Source: Eubacteriales bacterium
Lineage (GTDB): Bacteria > Bacillota > Clostridia > Oscillospirales > CAG-272
Reading direction: 5' to 3'
Assembly (NCBI GenBank): GCA_045658525.1
Contig: JAZOVD010000030.1
Span: forward strand, 25,714 to 89,713
DNA: 64,000 nucleotides
Shown: positions 25,082-34,840 of the stretch, piece after piece
Layout of the letters: the number at the start of each line of letters is the position of its first letter
Position numbering within the stretch: position 1 is the stretch's first letter
The notes under the pieces: generated by a model
Told to the model about the DNA's origin: nothing
What the model saw: only the letters and a program-made list of their open reading frames with translations
Databases searched by the model: none
Translations under genes and position numbers: made by a program

Positions 25082-27043
25082 ATGAAAGAGAAATTTTATC
25101 TTACTACTGCGATACCCTACTGCTCGGGTAAGCCGCATATAGGAAATACCTACGAGGTAATACTTACCGACGCGATAGCCCGTTATAAGAGAAAATGCGG
25201 TTACGACGTTTTCTTCCTTACGGGAACTGACGAGCACGGTATAAAGATAGAGACCAAGGCAAAGGAGCAGGGAATAACTCCGAAGGAGTTCGTTGATGGA
25301 GTTTATGCCAAGGTAAGAGATATGTGGGCGCTCGTCGGAGCGAGCTACGATAAGTTCATAAGAACCACCGACGATTACCACGAGGAAGCCGTAAGCAAAA
25401 TATTCAAAAAGCTCTACGAGCAGGGCGATATATATAAGAGTCAGTATGAGGGACATTACTGCGTTCCGTGCGAGTCGTTCTTTACCGATACTCAGGTAGA
25501 GGACGGAAAATGCCCCGACTGCGGACGCCCTGTTGAAAAGGCTACCGAGGACGCGTACTTTTTCAGAATGAGCAAGTACGCCGATAAGCTCTTAAAGCAT
25601 ATAGAGGAGAACCCCGGATTTGTCGAGCCTGAGGCGAGACTCAAAGAGATGGTAAATAACTTCTTAAAGCCCGGACTTCAAGACCTCTGCGTAACGAGAA
25701 GCTCGTTTACCTGGGGAGTTCCCGTTCCCGGTGACGCAAAGCACGTTATCTACGTCTGGATAGACGCTCTTTCCAACTATATAACGGCGCTTGGATACAG
25801 CGTTGACGAGCAGGGAGAGCTGTTTAAGAAGTACTGGCCCTGTGACGTTCATATTATAGGTAAGGATATAGTCCGTTTCCATACGATATACTGGCCCATA
25901 ATGCTCCTCGCGCTCGGACTTCCGCTCCCGAAGAAGATATACGGTCACGGATGGCTCAACTTCGGTACGGACAAGATGTCCAAGTCCAAGGGCAACGTAA
26001 TGTACGCCGACGAGCTTTCCAAGATGTTCGGAGTTGACGGAGTGCGTTACTATACGCTTTCCGCTATGCCCTATTCCTCTGACGGAAGCATAACCTACGA
26101 CAGCATCATAACCGCGTATAATACCGACCTTGCCAATAACCTCGGAAACCTCGTAAACCGTACCGTAGCGATGAATAAGAAGTATTTTGCAAAGAAGGTA
26201 CAGGCAAGAGGCGAGGCAGAGGGAACTGACGCTGAGCTTATACAGACGGTAAAGGATACCGTAAAGAAGGTCGGGGAGTGTATGGAGAGCTACCACGTTT
26301 CCGACGCTCTTTCGGCGATATTCGATATGCTCCGCCGCGCGAACAAGTATATAGACGAGACTACTCCTTGGACGCTCGCAAAGACCGAGGGAATGGAAGC
26401 GCGTCTCGGAACTGTTCTCTACAACCTGCTTGAAACTATAAGAATAGGTGCGTCGCTCCTTTCTCCGTTCATTCCTTCAACTGCCGAGAAGATACTCAGC
26501 CAGATAGGAACGGACTGTGACAGTACAGAGTTCGGCGGTCTTACGGCAGGTACGGAAACGGGTGAGCCAGAGGTGCTTTTCCAGAGAATAGACGAAAAGG
26601 AATTTTATGAAAAATACGGTCTTAACAAAACAGAGGAGACCGAAGTAAAAGAGGAAAAGAAAATGGAAGAAGTAAAGACTGAAAACGCAGAAGAAGAAGT
26701 AAACGAATACGAGCCTCTCGCTCCTACGATAGAGTTTGAGGATTTCCTTAAACCCGACCTCAGAATAGCAAAGGTTCTTGAATGTGAGCCTATGCCCAAG
26801 TCCAAGAAGCTCCTCAAATTCAAGCTCGACCTCGGATTTGAGACCAGACAGGTGCTTTCGGGTATAGCTAAGTATTATAAGCCCGAGGAGCTTATAGGCA
26901 AGAAGATAGTTATGGTAGCTAACTTACAGCCCAGAATGATGTGCGGTGAGGAGAGCAACGGTATGATAATAGCGTCGGGTCACGATGACGTTAAGGTAGT
27001 CTTTGCTCACGATGACGCTAAGGTAGGCGACAGACTCGGCTGA
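25082..27043 (+). CDS. metG: methionine--tRNA ligase with C-terminal tRNA-binding domain
   Basis: PYCSGKPHIGNTY (HIGH-like), KMSKSKGN, zinc knuckle CVPC...CPDC, and a C-terminal EMAP/Trbp111-like LRIAKVLECEPMPKSKKLLKFKLDLG. Confidence 0.95.
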   Translation: MKEKFYLTTAIPYCSGKPHIGNTYEVILTDAIARYKRKCGYDVFFLTGTDEHGIKIETKAKEQGITPKEFVDGVYAKVRDMWALVGASYDKFIRTTDDYHEEAVSKIFKKLYEQGDIYKSQYEGHYCVPCESFFTDTQVEDGKCPDCGRPVEKATEDAYFFRMSKYADKLLKHIEENPGFVEPEARLKEMVNNFLKPGLQDLCVTRSSFTWGVPVPGDAKHVIYVWIDALSNYITALGYSVDEQGELFKKYWPCDVHIIGKDIVRFHTIYWPIMLLALGLPLPKKIYGHGWLNFGTDKMSKSKGNVMYADELSKMFGVDGVRYYTLSAMPYSSDGSITYDSIITAYNTDLANNLGNLVNRTVAMNKKYFAKKVQARGEAEGTDAELIQTVKDTVKKVGECMESYHVSDALSAIFDMLRRANKYIDETTPWTLAKTEGMEARLGTVLYNLLETIRIGASLLSPFIPSTAEKILSQIGTDCDSTEFGGLTAGTETGEPEVLFQRIDEKEFYEKYGLNKTEETEVKEEKKMEEVKTENAEEEVNEYEPLAPTIEFEDFLKPDLRIAKVLECEPMPKSKKLLKFKLDLGFETRQVLSGIAKYYKPEELIGKKIVMVANLQPRMMCGEESNGMIIASGHDDVKVVFAHDDAKVGDRLG

Positions 27044-27825
27044 TGGAAGAAAAATTCTACCCGCTTTTTGACTCGCACGCGCATTACGACGACGTAAGAT
27101 TTGATGAGGACAGAGACGCGGTAATAGAGGAGATGCACGAAAAGGGAGTAAGCGGAATAGTTGACGTCGGTTGCTCCTTTGACACTCTCCCGAAAGCCGT
27201 TGACTTAGCGGAAAGATACGATTTCGTATATGCAAGCGCGGGACTTCACCCAAACGATGCGCTCGCGGCTGAAAACGAGCCGAAAACTCTTGATATTCTC
27301 CGCTTGTACCTCGCTAACGAAAAAAACGTCGCGCTCGGCGAGATAGGACTTGACTATCATTGGGACGACGTTCCGAGGGATATTCAGAAAAAGTGGTTTG
27401 ACATACAGCTTTCGCTCGCAAAGGAGCTTAAAAAGCCTGTTATCATACACGACAGAGAAGCGCACGGAGACGTTATGGATATGCTCCGCGCCCACAGAGA
27501 CGTTACAGGCATACTCCATAGTTTTAGCGGAAGCCCCGAAATGGCAAGAGAGCTTGTCAAGATGGGCTGGTATATCTCCTTTTCGGGAGTGCTGACGTTC
27601 AAGAATGCCGCAAAGCTTCCCGAGGTGGCAAAGGAAGTTCCGACTGAGCGTATGCTTATCGAAACCGACGCGCCGTATCTTGCCCCGCACCCACACAGAG
27701 GAGAGCGTAACTGCTCGCTCCTTATGAGATACACGGTCGAAAGGCTTGCCGAGATAAAGGGACTTACCGCGGAGCAGGTCTGTATTATGACCGACGAAAA
27801 CGCAAGACGCATTTTTGGGATTTAA
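27043..27825 (+). CDS. tatD: TatD-family metal-dependent hydrolase
   Basis: FDSHAHY, IGEIGLDYHW, PVIIHDREAH and IETDAPYL motifs. Confidence 0.9.
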   Translation: MEEKFYPLFDSHAHYDDVRFDEDRDAVIEEMHEKGVSGIVDVGCSFDTLPKAVDLAERYDFVYASAGLHPNDALAAENEPKTLDILRLYLANEKNVALGEIGLDYHWDDVPRDIQKKWFDIQLSLAKELKKPVIIHDREAHGDVMDMLRAHRDVTGILHSFSGSPEMARELVKMGWYISFSGVLTFKNAAKLPEVAKEVPTERMLIETDAPYLAPHPHRGERNCSLLMRYTVERLAEIKGLTAEQVCIMTDENARRIFGI

Positions 27826-27828
27826 AAA

Positions 27829-27908
27829 GGCTCCCTTGTGCAAAGGGAGCTGTCAAGCATCGCTTGACTGAGGGATTGTTACGCCCCTTCCTTTACACAG
27901 GTGAGGCT
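27829..27908 (+). repeat. REP-like double-hairpin unit plus companion hairpin, copy 2
   Basis: GGCTCCCTTGTGCAAAGGGAGCTGTCAAGCATCGCTTGACTGAGGGATTGTT followed by ACGCCCCTTCCTTTACACAGGTGAGGC. It starts 3 nt after the tatD stop. Confidence 0.7.
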
Positions 27909-27937
27909 TAAACTGTAAGTTTAAAGTTGGTACTGAT

Positions 27938-28921
27938 ATGATGATAACGTTAAAAGAAGCCGCAAAAATGCTCGGAGAAGCGGGAAAGATACTTCTTCTT
28001 ACCCATTCCAGACCCGATGCGGATACTATGGGCTCGGCTTTCGGTCTTGCCCACGCGCTCACAAGTGACGGAATACGCAAGGTAAAGATTGCCTGCGTTG
28101 ATCCTCTGCCGAAGCGTCTTTCTTTCCTTTCCGAGGAAAAGGATCTCAGACTTGAAAATTATAAGGATTTTAAGCCCGATATAGTCTGCGCTATCGACGC
28201 GGCGGAAACGTGGCTCATAAAAGAGCTTCCCGAGGGCAGAGAGATAGATATAAAGATAGACCATCACCCCAGCGGAAGCGAGTACGCGACCTGTAACCAT
28301 ATAGACGGTACAGCGGCGGCTACGGGAGAGCTTGTATTTGAGGTCGTAAGGCATCTTGAAGAAATGGAGCTTGCCCACCTTACAAAGGAAGCGGCTACCG
28401 CACTTTATGCTGCGATAGCGTCCGATACGGGCTGCTTTAAGTACACGAACGTTACCCCGAAAACTCTCCGCATAGCGGCTGAGCTTATGGAAGCGGGCGC
28501 GGACCAGCCGCTCGTAAATCTACGGCTTTTCGGAACTAAAACTCAAAAGGAGATAGTCGCGGAAAAGCTTATGCTTGACGGAATGAAGACCTACCTTGAC
28601 GGACGCGTAAGATTTCTTATGCTTACAAACGAGGTAAAGGACGCAAACGGTCTTATTGACGAGGATCTCGGAGAGATAGTATCGTCTATGCGCGAGATAG
28701 AGGGAACGGAGCTTTCCGTTTTCGTCCGTCAGGAGACGAAGGAGAGCGGGAAATATAAGATCTCGATGCGTTCCGCGGAAAACGTAAACGCAAACGAGCT
28801 TTGCGCGATCTTCGGCGGCGGCGGTCACGAAAGAGCCGCCGGCGCGTCTATGAACGCGGAAGATCCACTTGAAGCGGAAAAGATAATTACCGAAAAGGTG
28901 CTTAACGCATTACAAAATTAA
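27938..28921 (+). CDS. nrnA: DHH/DHHA1 phosphoesterase (NrnA-like oligoribonuclease/pAp phosphatase)
   Basis: THSRPDADTMGSA (DHH motif I), IDHH, GGGGHERAAG (DHHA1). Located upstream of truB, as is usual. Confidence 0.8.
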   Translation: MMITLKEAAKMLGEAGKILLLTHSRPDADTMGSAFGLAHALTSDGIRKVKIACVDPLPKRLSFLSEEKDLRLENYKDFKPDIVCAIDAAETWLIKELPEGREIDIKIDHHPSGSEYATCNHIDGTAAATGELVFEVVRHLEEMELAHLTKEAATALYAAIASDTGCFKYTNVTPKTLRIAAELMEAGADQPLVNLRLFGTKTQKEIVAEKLMLDGMKTYLDGRVRFLMLTNEVKDANGLIDEDLGEIVSSMREIEGTELSVFVRQETKESGKYKISMRSAENVNANELCAIFGGGGHERAAGASMNAEDPLEAEKIITEKVLNALQN

Positions 28922-28941
28922 CGAAAAGGAGATGCGCTCTT

Positions 28942-29850
28942 ATGGCTGAGATAAACGGCGGAGTTCTGTGCTTTAATAAGCCAAAGGGCTGTACCTCTCA
29001 CGATATTATCTACCGAGTGCGCAGGCTTTACGGCACAAAGCAGGTAGGACATACGGGAACTCTTGACCCGATTGCGTCGGGCGTGCTGGTCGTTATGGTC
29101 GGCAGAGCGGTAAAGGCTTCCGAGTTTTTAAGCTCCGATAGCAAGGAATACGTAGCGGAGATAAAGCTCGGAATTACCACCGACACCGAGGATATAACGG
29201 GAACGGTGACAGGTGAATACCAAGGCGAAATGCCGTCTCCCGATGAAGTAAAACGCGTTTGCGAGAGCTTCGTTGGAGATATAATGCAAGTTCCGCCTAT
29301 GTATAGCGCGCTTAAAGTTGACGGCAAAAAGCTGCTCGATATAGCGAGAAGCGGCGGCGAGGTAGAACGGCAGGCAAGACCCGTAAGAGTAGATAGGTTA
29401 GAGGTCTATGAAACGGACGATCCTTCCGTTTACAGATTACTTGCCCGAGTGTCTAAGGGAACTTATATACGCACGCTCTGCGCCGATATAGGAAAAGCGC
29501 TCGGAACGGGCGCGGTAATGAAGGAGCTTACAAGGACTGCGGCAGGCGGCTTCGGTATCGAGGACGCGGTAACGGAGCAGGCACTTGCGGAAATGACCGA
29601 AAGCGAAAGATACGGACTTCTCCGTCCTGTTGAAGCACTTTTCGATGACTGTGAAAGCGTTGAGCTATCCGACTTTTTCGCGAAGCTCGCCTCGTGCGGA
29701 TGCGAGATATACCAAAAGAAGATAAAAACGAACATATCAGATGGAACGCTTGTCCGTTTGTATGATAAAAACGGTTTCTTTGCGCTTGGACGGGTAACCG
29801 AATATCCTGACGGAAGCGCGATAAAGCCGGTAAAGCAATTCAGAATTTAA
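28942..29850 (+). CDS. truB: tRNA pseudouridine(55) synthase
   Basis: KPKGCTSHD and GHTGTLDPIASGVL motifs, plus a PUA-like C-terminus. Confidence 0.9.
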   Translation: MAEINGGVLCFNKPKGCTSHDIIYRVRRLYGTKQVGHTGTLDPIASGVLVVMVGRAVKASEFLSSDSKEYVAEIKLGITTDTEDITGTVTGEYQGEMPSPDEVKRVCESFVGDIMQVPPMYSALKVDGKKLLDIARSGGEVERQARPVRVDRLEVYETDDPSVYRLLARVSKGTYIRTLCADIGKALGTGAVMKELTRTAAGGFGIEDAVTEQALAEMTESERYGLLRPVEALFDDCESVELSDFFAKLASCGCEIYQKKIKTNISDGTLVRLYDKNGFFALGRVTEYPDGSAIKPVKQFRI

Positions 29851-29879
29851 AATTAAATAATTCGAAAGGAAGAAATGTT

Positions 29880-31880
29880 ATGAAACTCAGAGCACCATCA
29901 GTACCTCTTATAACAGTTGATCCCTATTTTTCGGTTTGGTCATCCGCGAACAGACTTACCGATAAGCCTACCTGCCATTGGACTGATAGAAGCAGCCCGA
30001 TTGCAAGAACGGACTATCCTACCGAAGGTCACCGTCCGAACTCTATGCTCGGTCTGGTAACTATCGACGGCACGACCTATCGTTTTATGGGCGTTTCCGA
30101 TCATCCCGTGATAAAGCAGACAGATCTTGATATAGATGCTCTTTCAACTACATATACCTTTGAGACAGATGATGTGACGGTCAAGGCATCCTTCCTTGCA
30201 CCGATGCTTCCCGACGACTTTGAGCTTATCAGCAGACCCGTAAACTACTTAAAGCTTACTTACGCTCCGAGAGACGGCAAAAAGCATAACGTTTCTTTCA
30301 GTGTTTCCGTTTCCGAGGAGATATGCTTGAATAAGGCAGGACAGTCGCCTGTTGTTTGTGAGGACGTTGAGCTTGTAATTCCCTGCAAAAGAATGGGCAA
30401 CTCCGAGCAGAACGTACTTAACCGCTCGGGCGACGACGTTCGTATAGATTGGGGTTACTTCTACCTTGCCGTAAAGGGAGAGGGAGCTTCCGTTAAGACG
30501 GAGAATGTCGATTACTATCGCGCGGCAAAGCCTAAGACCGAGCCTGAAAAGGCAAATCTTACCTCACTTACCGCGACAGCTGACGGAGAGGCACTCGTGC
30601 TTTTCGCTTATGACGATATAAAGAGTCTGCGCTACTTCGGCGCTGACCTTACTTCCTATTGGAACAAGGACGGAATGACCATAGAGATGGCTATGGAAAA
30701 GGCTCTTGCGTCTTACGACAGACTTGTAAAGAAGTGTAAGGAGTTTTCCGATAAGCTCTACCTTGATGCCGTAAAGGCGGGCGGAGAGAAGTATGCTGAT
30801 ATACTTTCTCTTGCGTACCGTCAGGTATTTGCCGCCCATAAGCTCGCCGTTGACACTGAGGGCGAGATAATCTGGGTATCAAAGGAATGTTTCAGTAACG
30901 GCTGTGCGGTCACGGTTGACGTAAGCTATCCGTCTATACCGATATTCCTTCACTATAACCCCGAGCTTGTAAAGGGTATGATGCGTCCGATATTCAAGTA
31001 TGCGGCGATGCCCGAATGGGAGTTCGACTTTGCTCCGCACGACGTAGGACAGTACCCGATAATCGAGGGTCAGGTCTATGGCAAGGATAAGGAGACGGGC
31101 AAGCAGAGACTTCATATGCAGATGCCCGTTGAGGAGTGCGGAAACATGCTCGTTATGGCGGCGGCTACCGCTATTGCTCAGGGCAACACCTCGTTTGTCC
31201 GTGACCATATCGAGATGCTTGAACAGTGGGCTAAGTACCTTATAGAGTTCGGTCAGGATCCCGAAAATCAGCTCTGTACGGACGACTTTGCGGGACACCT
31301 CGCTCACAACTGCAACCTTTCTCTTAAAGCCATTATGGGACTTGCTTCGCTTTCCATCATCTTCAAGATGCTCGGAAGCAAGAGAAAGGCGGCTACGTAT
31401 ATGAAGCTTGCCGAGGATATGGCTGACGTTTGGAGCATCACCGCCGACAACGGCGACGGAAGCTACAAGCTTGCGTTTGACCGCGAGGGAACGTTCTCGA
31501 TGAAGTACAACGCCGTATGGGATAAGCTTTTCGGCACTCAGATATTCGCGCCCGAGCTTATAAGAAGCGAGGTTCTCTCCAATTTCAGTCACTTCGGAAC
31601 GTACGGTATGCCGCTTGACAACCGCGCGCTCTACACCAAATCCGACTGGCTCGTCTGGACTGCGACGATGTGCGAAACGGACGACGAATTCCGCGCGTAC
31701 ATAGATCCGCTTTGGAAAGCGTATCACAACTCTCCCACGAGAGTTCCGCTTACCGACTGGTACGACACGGCGACCTCTCTTATGGTAGGCTTCCAGCATA
31801 GAACCGTTCAGGGCGGACTGTTCATAAAGCTTATGGAAAAGGATTTCAGAGAAAAGAGCAGACGCATACTTTCTAAGTAA
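29880..31880 (+). CDS. glutaminase-A-like putative glycoside hydrolase (DUF4965/DUF1793 type)
   Basis: The N-terminus MKLRAPSVPLITVDPYFSVWS and the overall 666-aa layout resemble the family usually annotated as glutaminase domain protein. Assignment is by recognition only. Confidence 0.65.
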   Translation: MKLRAPSVPLITVDPYFSVWSSANRLTDKPTCHWTDRSSPIARTDYPTEGHRPNSMLGLVTIDGTTYRFMGVSDHPVIKQTDLDIDALSTTYTFETDDVTVKASFLAPMLPDDFELISRPVNYLKLTYAPRDGKKHNVSFSVSVSEEICLNKAGQSPVVCEDVELVIPCKRMGNSEQNVLNRSGDDVRIDWGYFYLAVKGEGASVKTENVDYYRAAKPKTEPEKANLTSLTATADGEALVLFAYDDIKSLRYFGADLTSYWNKDGMTIEMAMEKALASYDRLVKKCKEFSDKLYLDAVKAGGEKYADILSLAYRQVFAAHKLAVDTEGEIIWVSKECFSNGCAVTVDVSYPSIPIFLHYNPELVKGMMRPIFKYAAMPEWEFDFAPHDVGQYPIIEGQVYGKDKETGKQRLHMQMPVEECGNMLVMAAATAIAQGNTSFVRDHIEMLEQWAKYLIEFGQDPENQLCTDDFAGHLAHNCNLSLKAIMGLASLSIIFKMLGSKRKAATYMKLAEDMADVWSITADNGDGSYKLAFDREGTFSMKYNAVWDKLFGTQIFAPELIRSEVLSNFSHFGTYGMPLDNRALYTKSDWLVWTATMCETDDEFRAYIDPLWKAYHNSPTRVPLTDWYDTATSLMVGFQHRTVQGGLFIKLMEKDFREKSRRILSK

Positions 31881-31896
31881 TAAAATAAAATAAAAT

Positions 31897-31938
31897 CTCC
31901 GCATCTGTATGTACAAAGACGGGTGCGGAGTTTTGTTT
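31897..31938 (+). terminator. terminator hairpin
   Basis: CTCCGCATC-N15-GGTGCGGAG followed by TTTTGTTT. Confidence 0.6.
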
Positions 31939-31975
31939 ATTGTGCACAAATCATTCGACTTAACACGATAACTTA

Positions 31976-32004
31976 TTGACATATAAACCCTTTTATAGTA
32001 TAAT
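31976..32004 (+). promoter_or_regulatory. consensus sigma-A promoter of the 32-36 kb island
   Basis: TTGACA (31976-31981), 17 nt, TATAAT (31999-32004). The leader is about 110 nt. Confidence 0.65.
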
Positions 32005-32115
32005 ATAGGTGTAAGGAGGACGAAGAATATTTACGGCAAAGGTAAAAACATAGGCAAATACACAAGTAAACAAAGGTTTTTCATCACTTTTCTGACTACG
32101 AAAGGAGAAAGTAAA

Positions 32116-34839
32116 ATGAAAAAAAGAACTTTAACAAAAATTCTTACACTTCTGCTCACTTTGTGCATTCTGTCAGTATCGGTTATGCCGATATTCGCCG
32201 CAAGTATCACTACCGACAGCGAGGTACTGACAGGCGAGGACATAGTAAAAGAGGATGAAACAAAGCGTGAGCGCTTTTCAAAGCATTTCTTAACGGGTGA
32301 CGGCAGTTATTTTGCCGTTGCGTACGCGTCACCGGTAAATTATATGGACGACGACGGTACTTGGAAAGAAGTCGATAACACTATGACCACGAATATTTTT
32401 ACCGGCGACAAAACAACTAAAAACGATAAATTTAAAGTAAAATTCTCAAACAAAGCAAATAAAGATAAGTTAGTTACCATACAGACAGACGAATTCAAGG
32501 TCTCGTGGGGGCTTAGTATATCGGGTGACGGAGAAAACTACGGTAAATTAAGTTCTGTAAAGGGCGCAGCAAGCTACGACGCGAGTGAGCCAAAGACCAC
32601 CAAAGAGGCGACCAAGCTCGGAAAAGCTGTTTCGTCTATGAAATATGAAAACGTTTACGACGGCAAGGTGGATTTGCAGTATAGCGTTTCTCACGAAAAA
32701 GTAAAAGAGAACGTTGTTTTAAAAGAAAAAACGGATTTCGTTTCGTATCGCGTAACGTATAACATAAAAGATACCGCAACGGAGCTTCTTTCCGACGGAA
32801 GCGTTATCTTCCGTGACACGGATGGAAACGTACTTTTTGAGGTTGGCGCACCCTTGATGTGGGATGAAGCCGGCGAAAGCTCCTCGGATATAGCCGTCAG
32901 CGTTGAGCATACCTCAAAGAAAACGGTGGAGATAACCTATACACCAAGCGCGGAGTGGTTAAACTCCGATGAGAGAGTTTATCCTATCGTGGTTGATCCG
33001 TATATGGAAACCTCACAAGAAACAAGCAATATTATGGACACGAGAGGTTATTATTATTATCCGCTTGATGCACAATATGAGGCTACCGCGCCCGCGCTGA
33101 TAGTTGGTTTTGATTATTTAGTGTATCTTAAAATATTAAATGTTCCGCTACTTCCGGCTGGTATGACGGTACAGAGTGCTAATCTTGTAATATACGGAAG
33201 CGACTTACAAATACCAACGGATGGTGCTGATGACTTGTTTTACGGTTTAGGTAAAGTCACTCAGTCTTGGACGGATGAACTGTTCGTAAGCGATGATGAA
33301 GAATATAATGAGCGTGTAAATCCGGATAACGCCTACGAAATGTTTGGAGCTGGGAATTTCCCCTCTGTTAGCATGTATGCTTATTATGACGTATATGAGG
33401 ATATTGTGTACGATTGGAATGGTATATATTATTCGAATCTTGATATTCCAAGTGATTTTTGGAATACTTCCGGGGGCTATAATCAATATTTTTCCACATA
33501 TAAGGGATTCCAAATTTCCCTCGACTATAGATGTGGCTGGCAGTTGTATTCCGGAGATTTTTATGATGAATATTATCGTCCATCTCTTTCGGTGAGATAT
33601 TCGGTACCTTCCGGACCTAATATTTCAAGCGATAATTTTTACAGAATAAAAAATAAATACACTGGAAAGTATCTTACCATAGGAACTGATAATGCTACGG
33701 GAATTACTAATGTGTATCAATCAAACCTTATACCTGATCCGAGCAGTCAAGTATTTAAATTTGAATATAGCCACGTAAGAGGAGCTTATCAAATAAGAAC
33801 TTATAGCTCTGTTATTTCAAATAGCGACAATGGATATATAAATTTTGACCCATCACAATTTCCATATATGCTACCAAGTAATTATTCAAATGCCGAAATA
33901 GGTCAAGACATATATAACTGGATAATATCTGCAGTGGATAGTACATCTGTTTCAGCGGGATATACCATAACTTATACCAACATGCCTTCTTTTGGACTTC
34001 GCGCTTACGGAGCTAAGAACGGAACTCCGCAAAACACAGGACAGAATAACGGAAATATTGGTGTAGGTTATACCGCAGCTGGTGCCAATGGTAGCGCATG
34101 GGTATTTGAAAGATATGATGTACCTGCTAATTTAGCCCTTAATATGGTTGGAATACGAGAGGAGAATTTTAATAATCATGTTACTAGTGTAACATCAAAT
34201 TTTGTAGGATTGGGTTATGATCCGAATGACGATATGTATATAAATACTGATATGTCATACGATGTAGATGAATTTATATCTATGCTTGAAAATGCTGAGA
34301 TAAGTATAGTTTCTTCGCACGGTGAACAAAACGCAATAAATATTACTTATGAGGGCATACAAATAACCGGTTCGGATTTTAAAACATATGTTCAGACTCA
34401 ATCGGAAGAATATGGTCAGGAAAACTATTATCAATATGTGGATTTAAGTCATGTAGAATTGGTGGTATTATCAACGTGTCTTAATGCGTCAGGGGTTGGT
34501 TATAATGATACTGTTGTAGTTGTTTCGCCAACTTCTTCTCCGCGTAATATGATGGAGATGCTAATAAAATGCGGTGTAAAATGTGTAATAGCATTTGAAG
34601 ATGAGGTGGGTGAAATAGATGGAAGTGAATTTTGTATAGATTTATTTACCCAATTAAACTCCAAAGTTAATAATAAATACTTAACATTGGAGCAAGCATT
34701 GATTGCTATATATGATGAGGGAGGATATTCAACAATTCCTTGGGCTAACGTTGTAGTCGGTGTACGCGAAGCTGGTATGGAGGATAGAACCCTTGAGGAT
34801 ATGTTGTCAGCTTATAGAGAGGATAACTATGGTACATAA
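32116..34839 (+). CDS. secreted multidomain protein: WapA/Rhs-style N-terminal region + DNRLRE-like domain + ricin-type lectin-like domain + CHAT/caspase-like C-terminal domain
   Basis: Signal peptide MKKRTLTKILTLLLTLCILSVSVMPIFA. N-terminal region ERFSKHF...YPIVVDP. LPAGMTVQSANLVIYGS...VTQSWTDE is DNRLRE-like. YRIKNKYTGKYLTI...SQVFKFE...GSAWVFERYD is beta-trefoil-like (nt about 33630-34120). ISIVSSHG (His735, nt 34318) and LVVLSTCLNASG (Cys788, nt 34477) have CHAT-like spacing. Confidence 0.8.
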   Translation: MKKRTLTKILTLLLTLCILSVSVMPIFAASITTDSEVLTGEDIVKEDETKRERFSKHFLTGDGSYFAVAYASPVNYMDDDGTWKEVDNTMTTNIFTGDKTTKNDKFKVKFSNKANKDKLVTIQTDEFKVSWGLSISGDGENYGKLSSVKGAASYDASEPKTTKEATKLGKAVSSMKYENVYDGKVDLQYSVSHEKVKENVVLKEKTDFVSYRVTYNIKDTATELLSDGSVIFRDTDGNVLFEVGAPLMWDEAGESSSDIAVSVEHTSKKTVEITYTPSAEWLNSDERVYPIVVDPYMETSQETSNIMDTRGYYYYPLDAQYEATAPALIVGFDYLVYLKILNVPLLPAGMTVQSANLVIYGSDLQIPTDGADDLFYGLGKVTQSWTDELFVSDDEEYNERVNPDNAYEMFGAGNFPSVSMYAYYDVYEDIVYDWNGIYYSNLDIPSDFWNTSGGYNQYFSTYKGFQISLDYRCGWQLYSGDFYDEYYRPSLSVRYSVPSGPNISSDNFYRIKNKYTGKYLTIGTDNATGITNVYQSNLIPDPSSQVFKFEYSHVRGAYQIRTYSSVISNSDNGYINFDPSQFPYMLPSNYSNAEIGQDIYNWIISAVDSTSVSAGYTITYTNMPSFGLRAYGAKNGTPQNTGQNNGNIGVGYTAAGANGSAWVFERYDVPANLALNMVGIREENFNNHVTSVTSNFVGLGYDPNDDMYINTDMSYDVDEFISMLENAEISIVSSHGEQNAINITYEGIQITGSDFKTYVQTQSEEYGQENYYQYVDLSHVELVVLSTCLNASGVGYNDTVVVVSPTSSPRNMMEMLIKCGVKCVIAFEDEVGEIDGSEFCIDLFTQLNSKVNNKYLTLEQALIAIYDEGGYSTIPWANVVVGVREAGMEDRTLEDMLSAYREDNYGT

Positions 34840-34840
34840 G

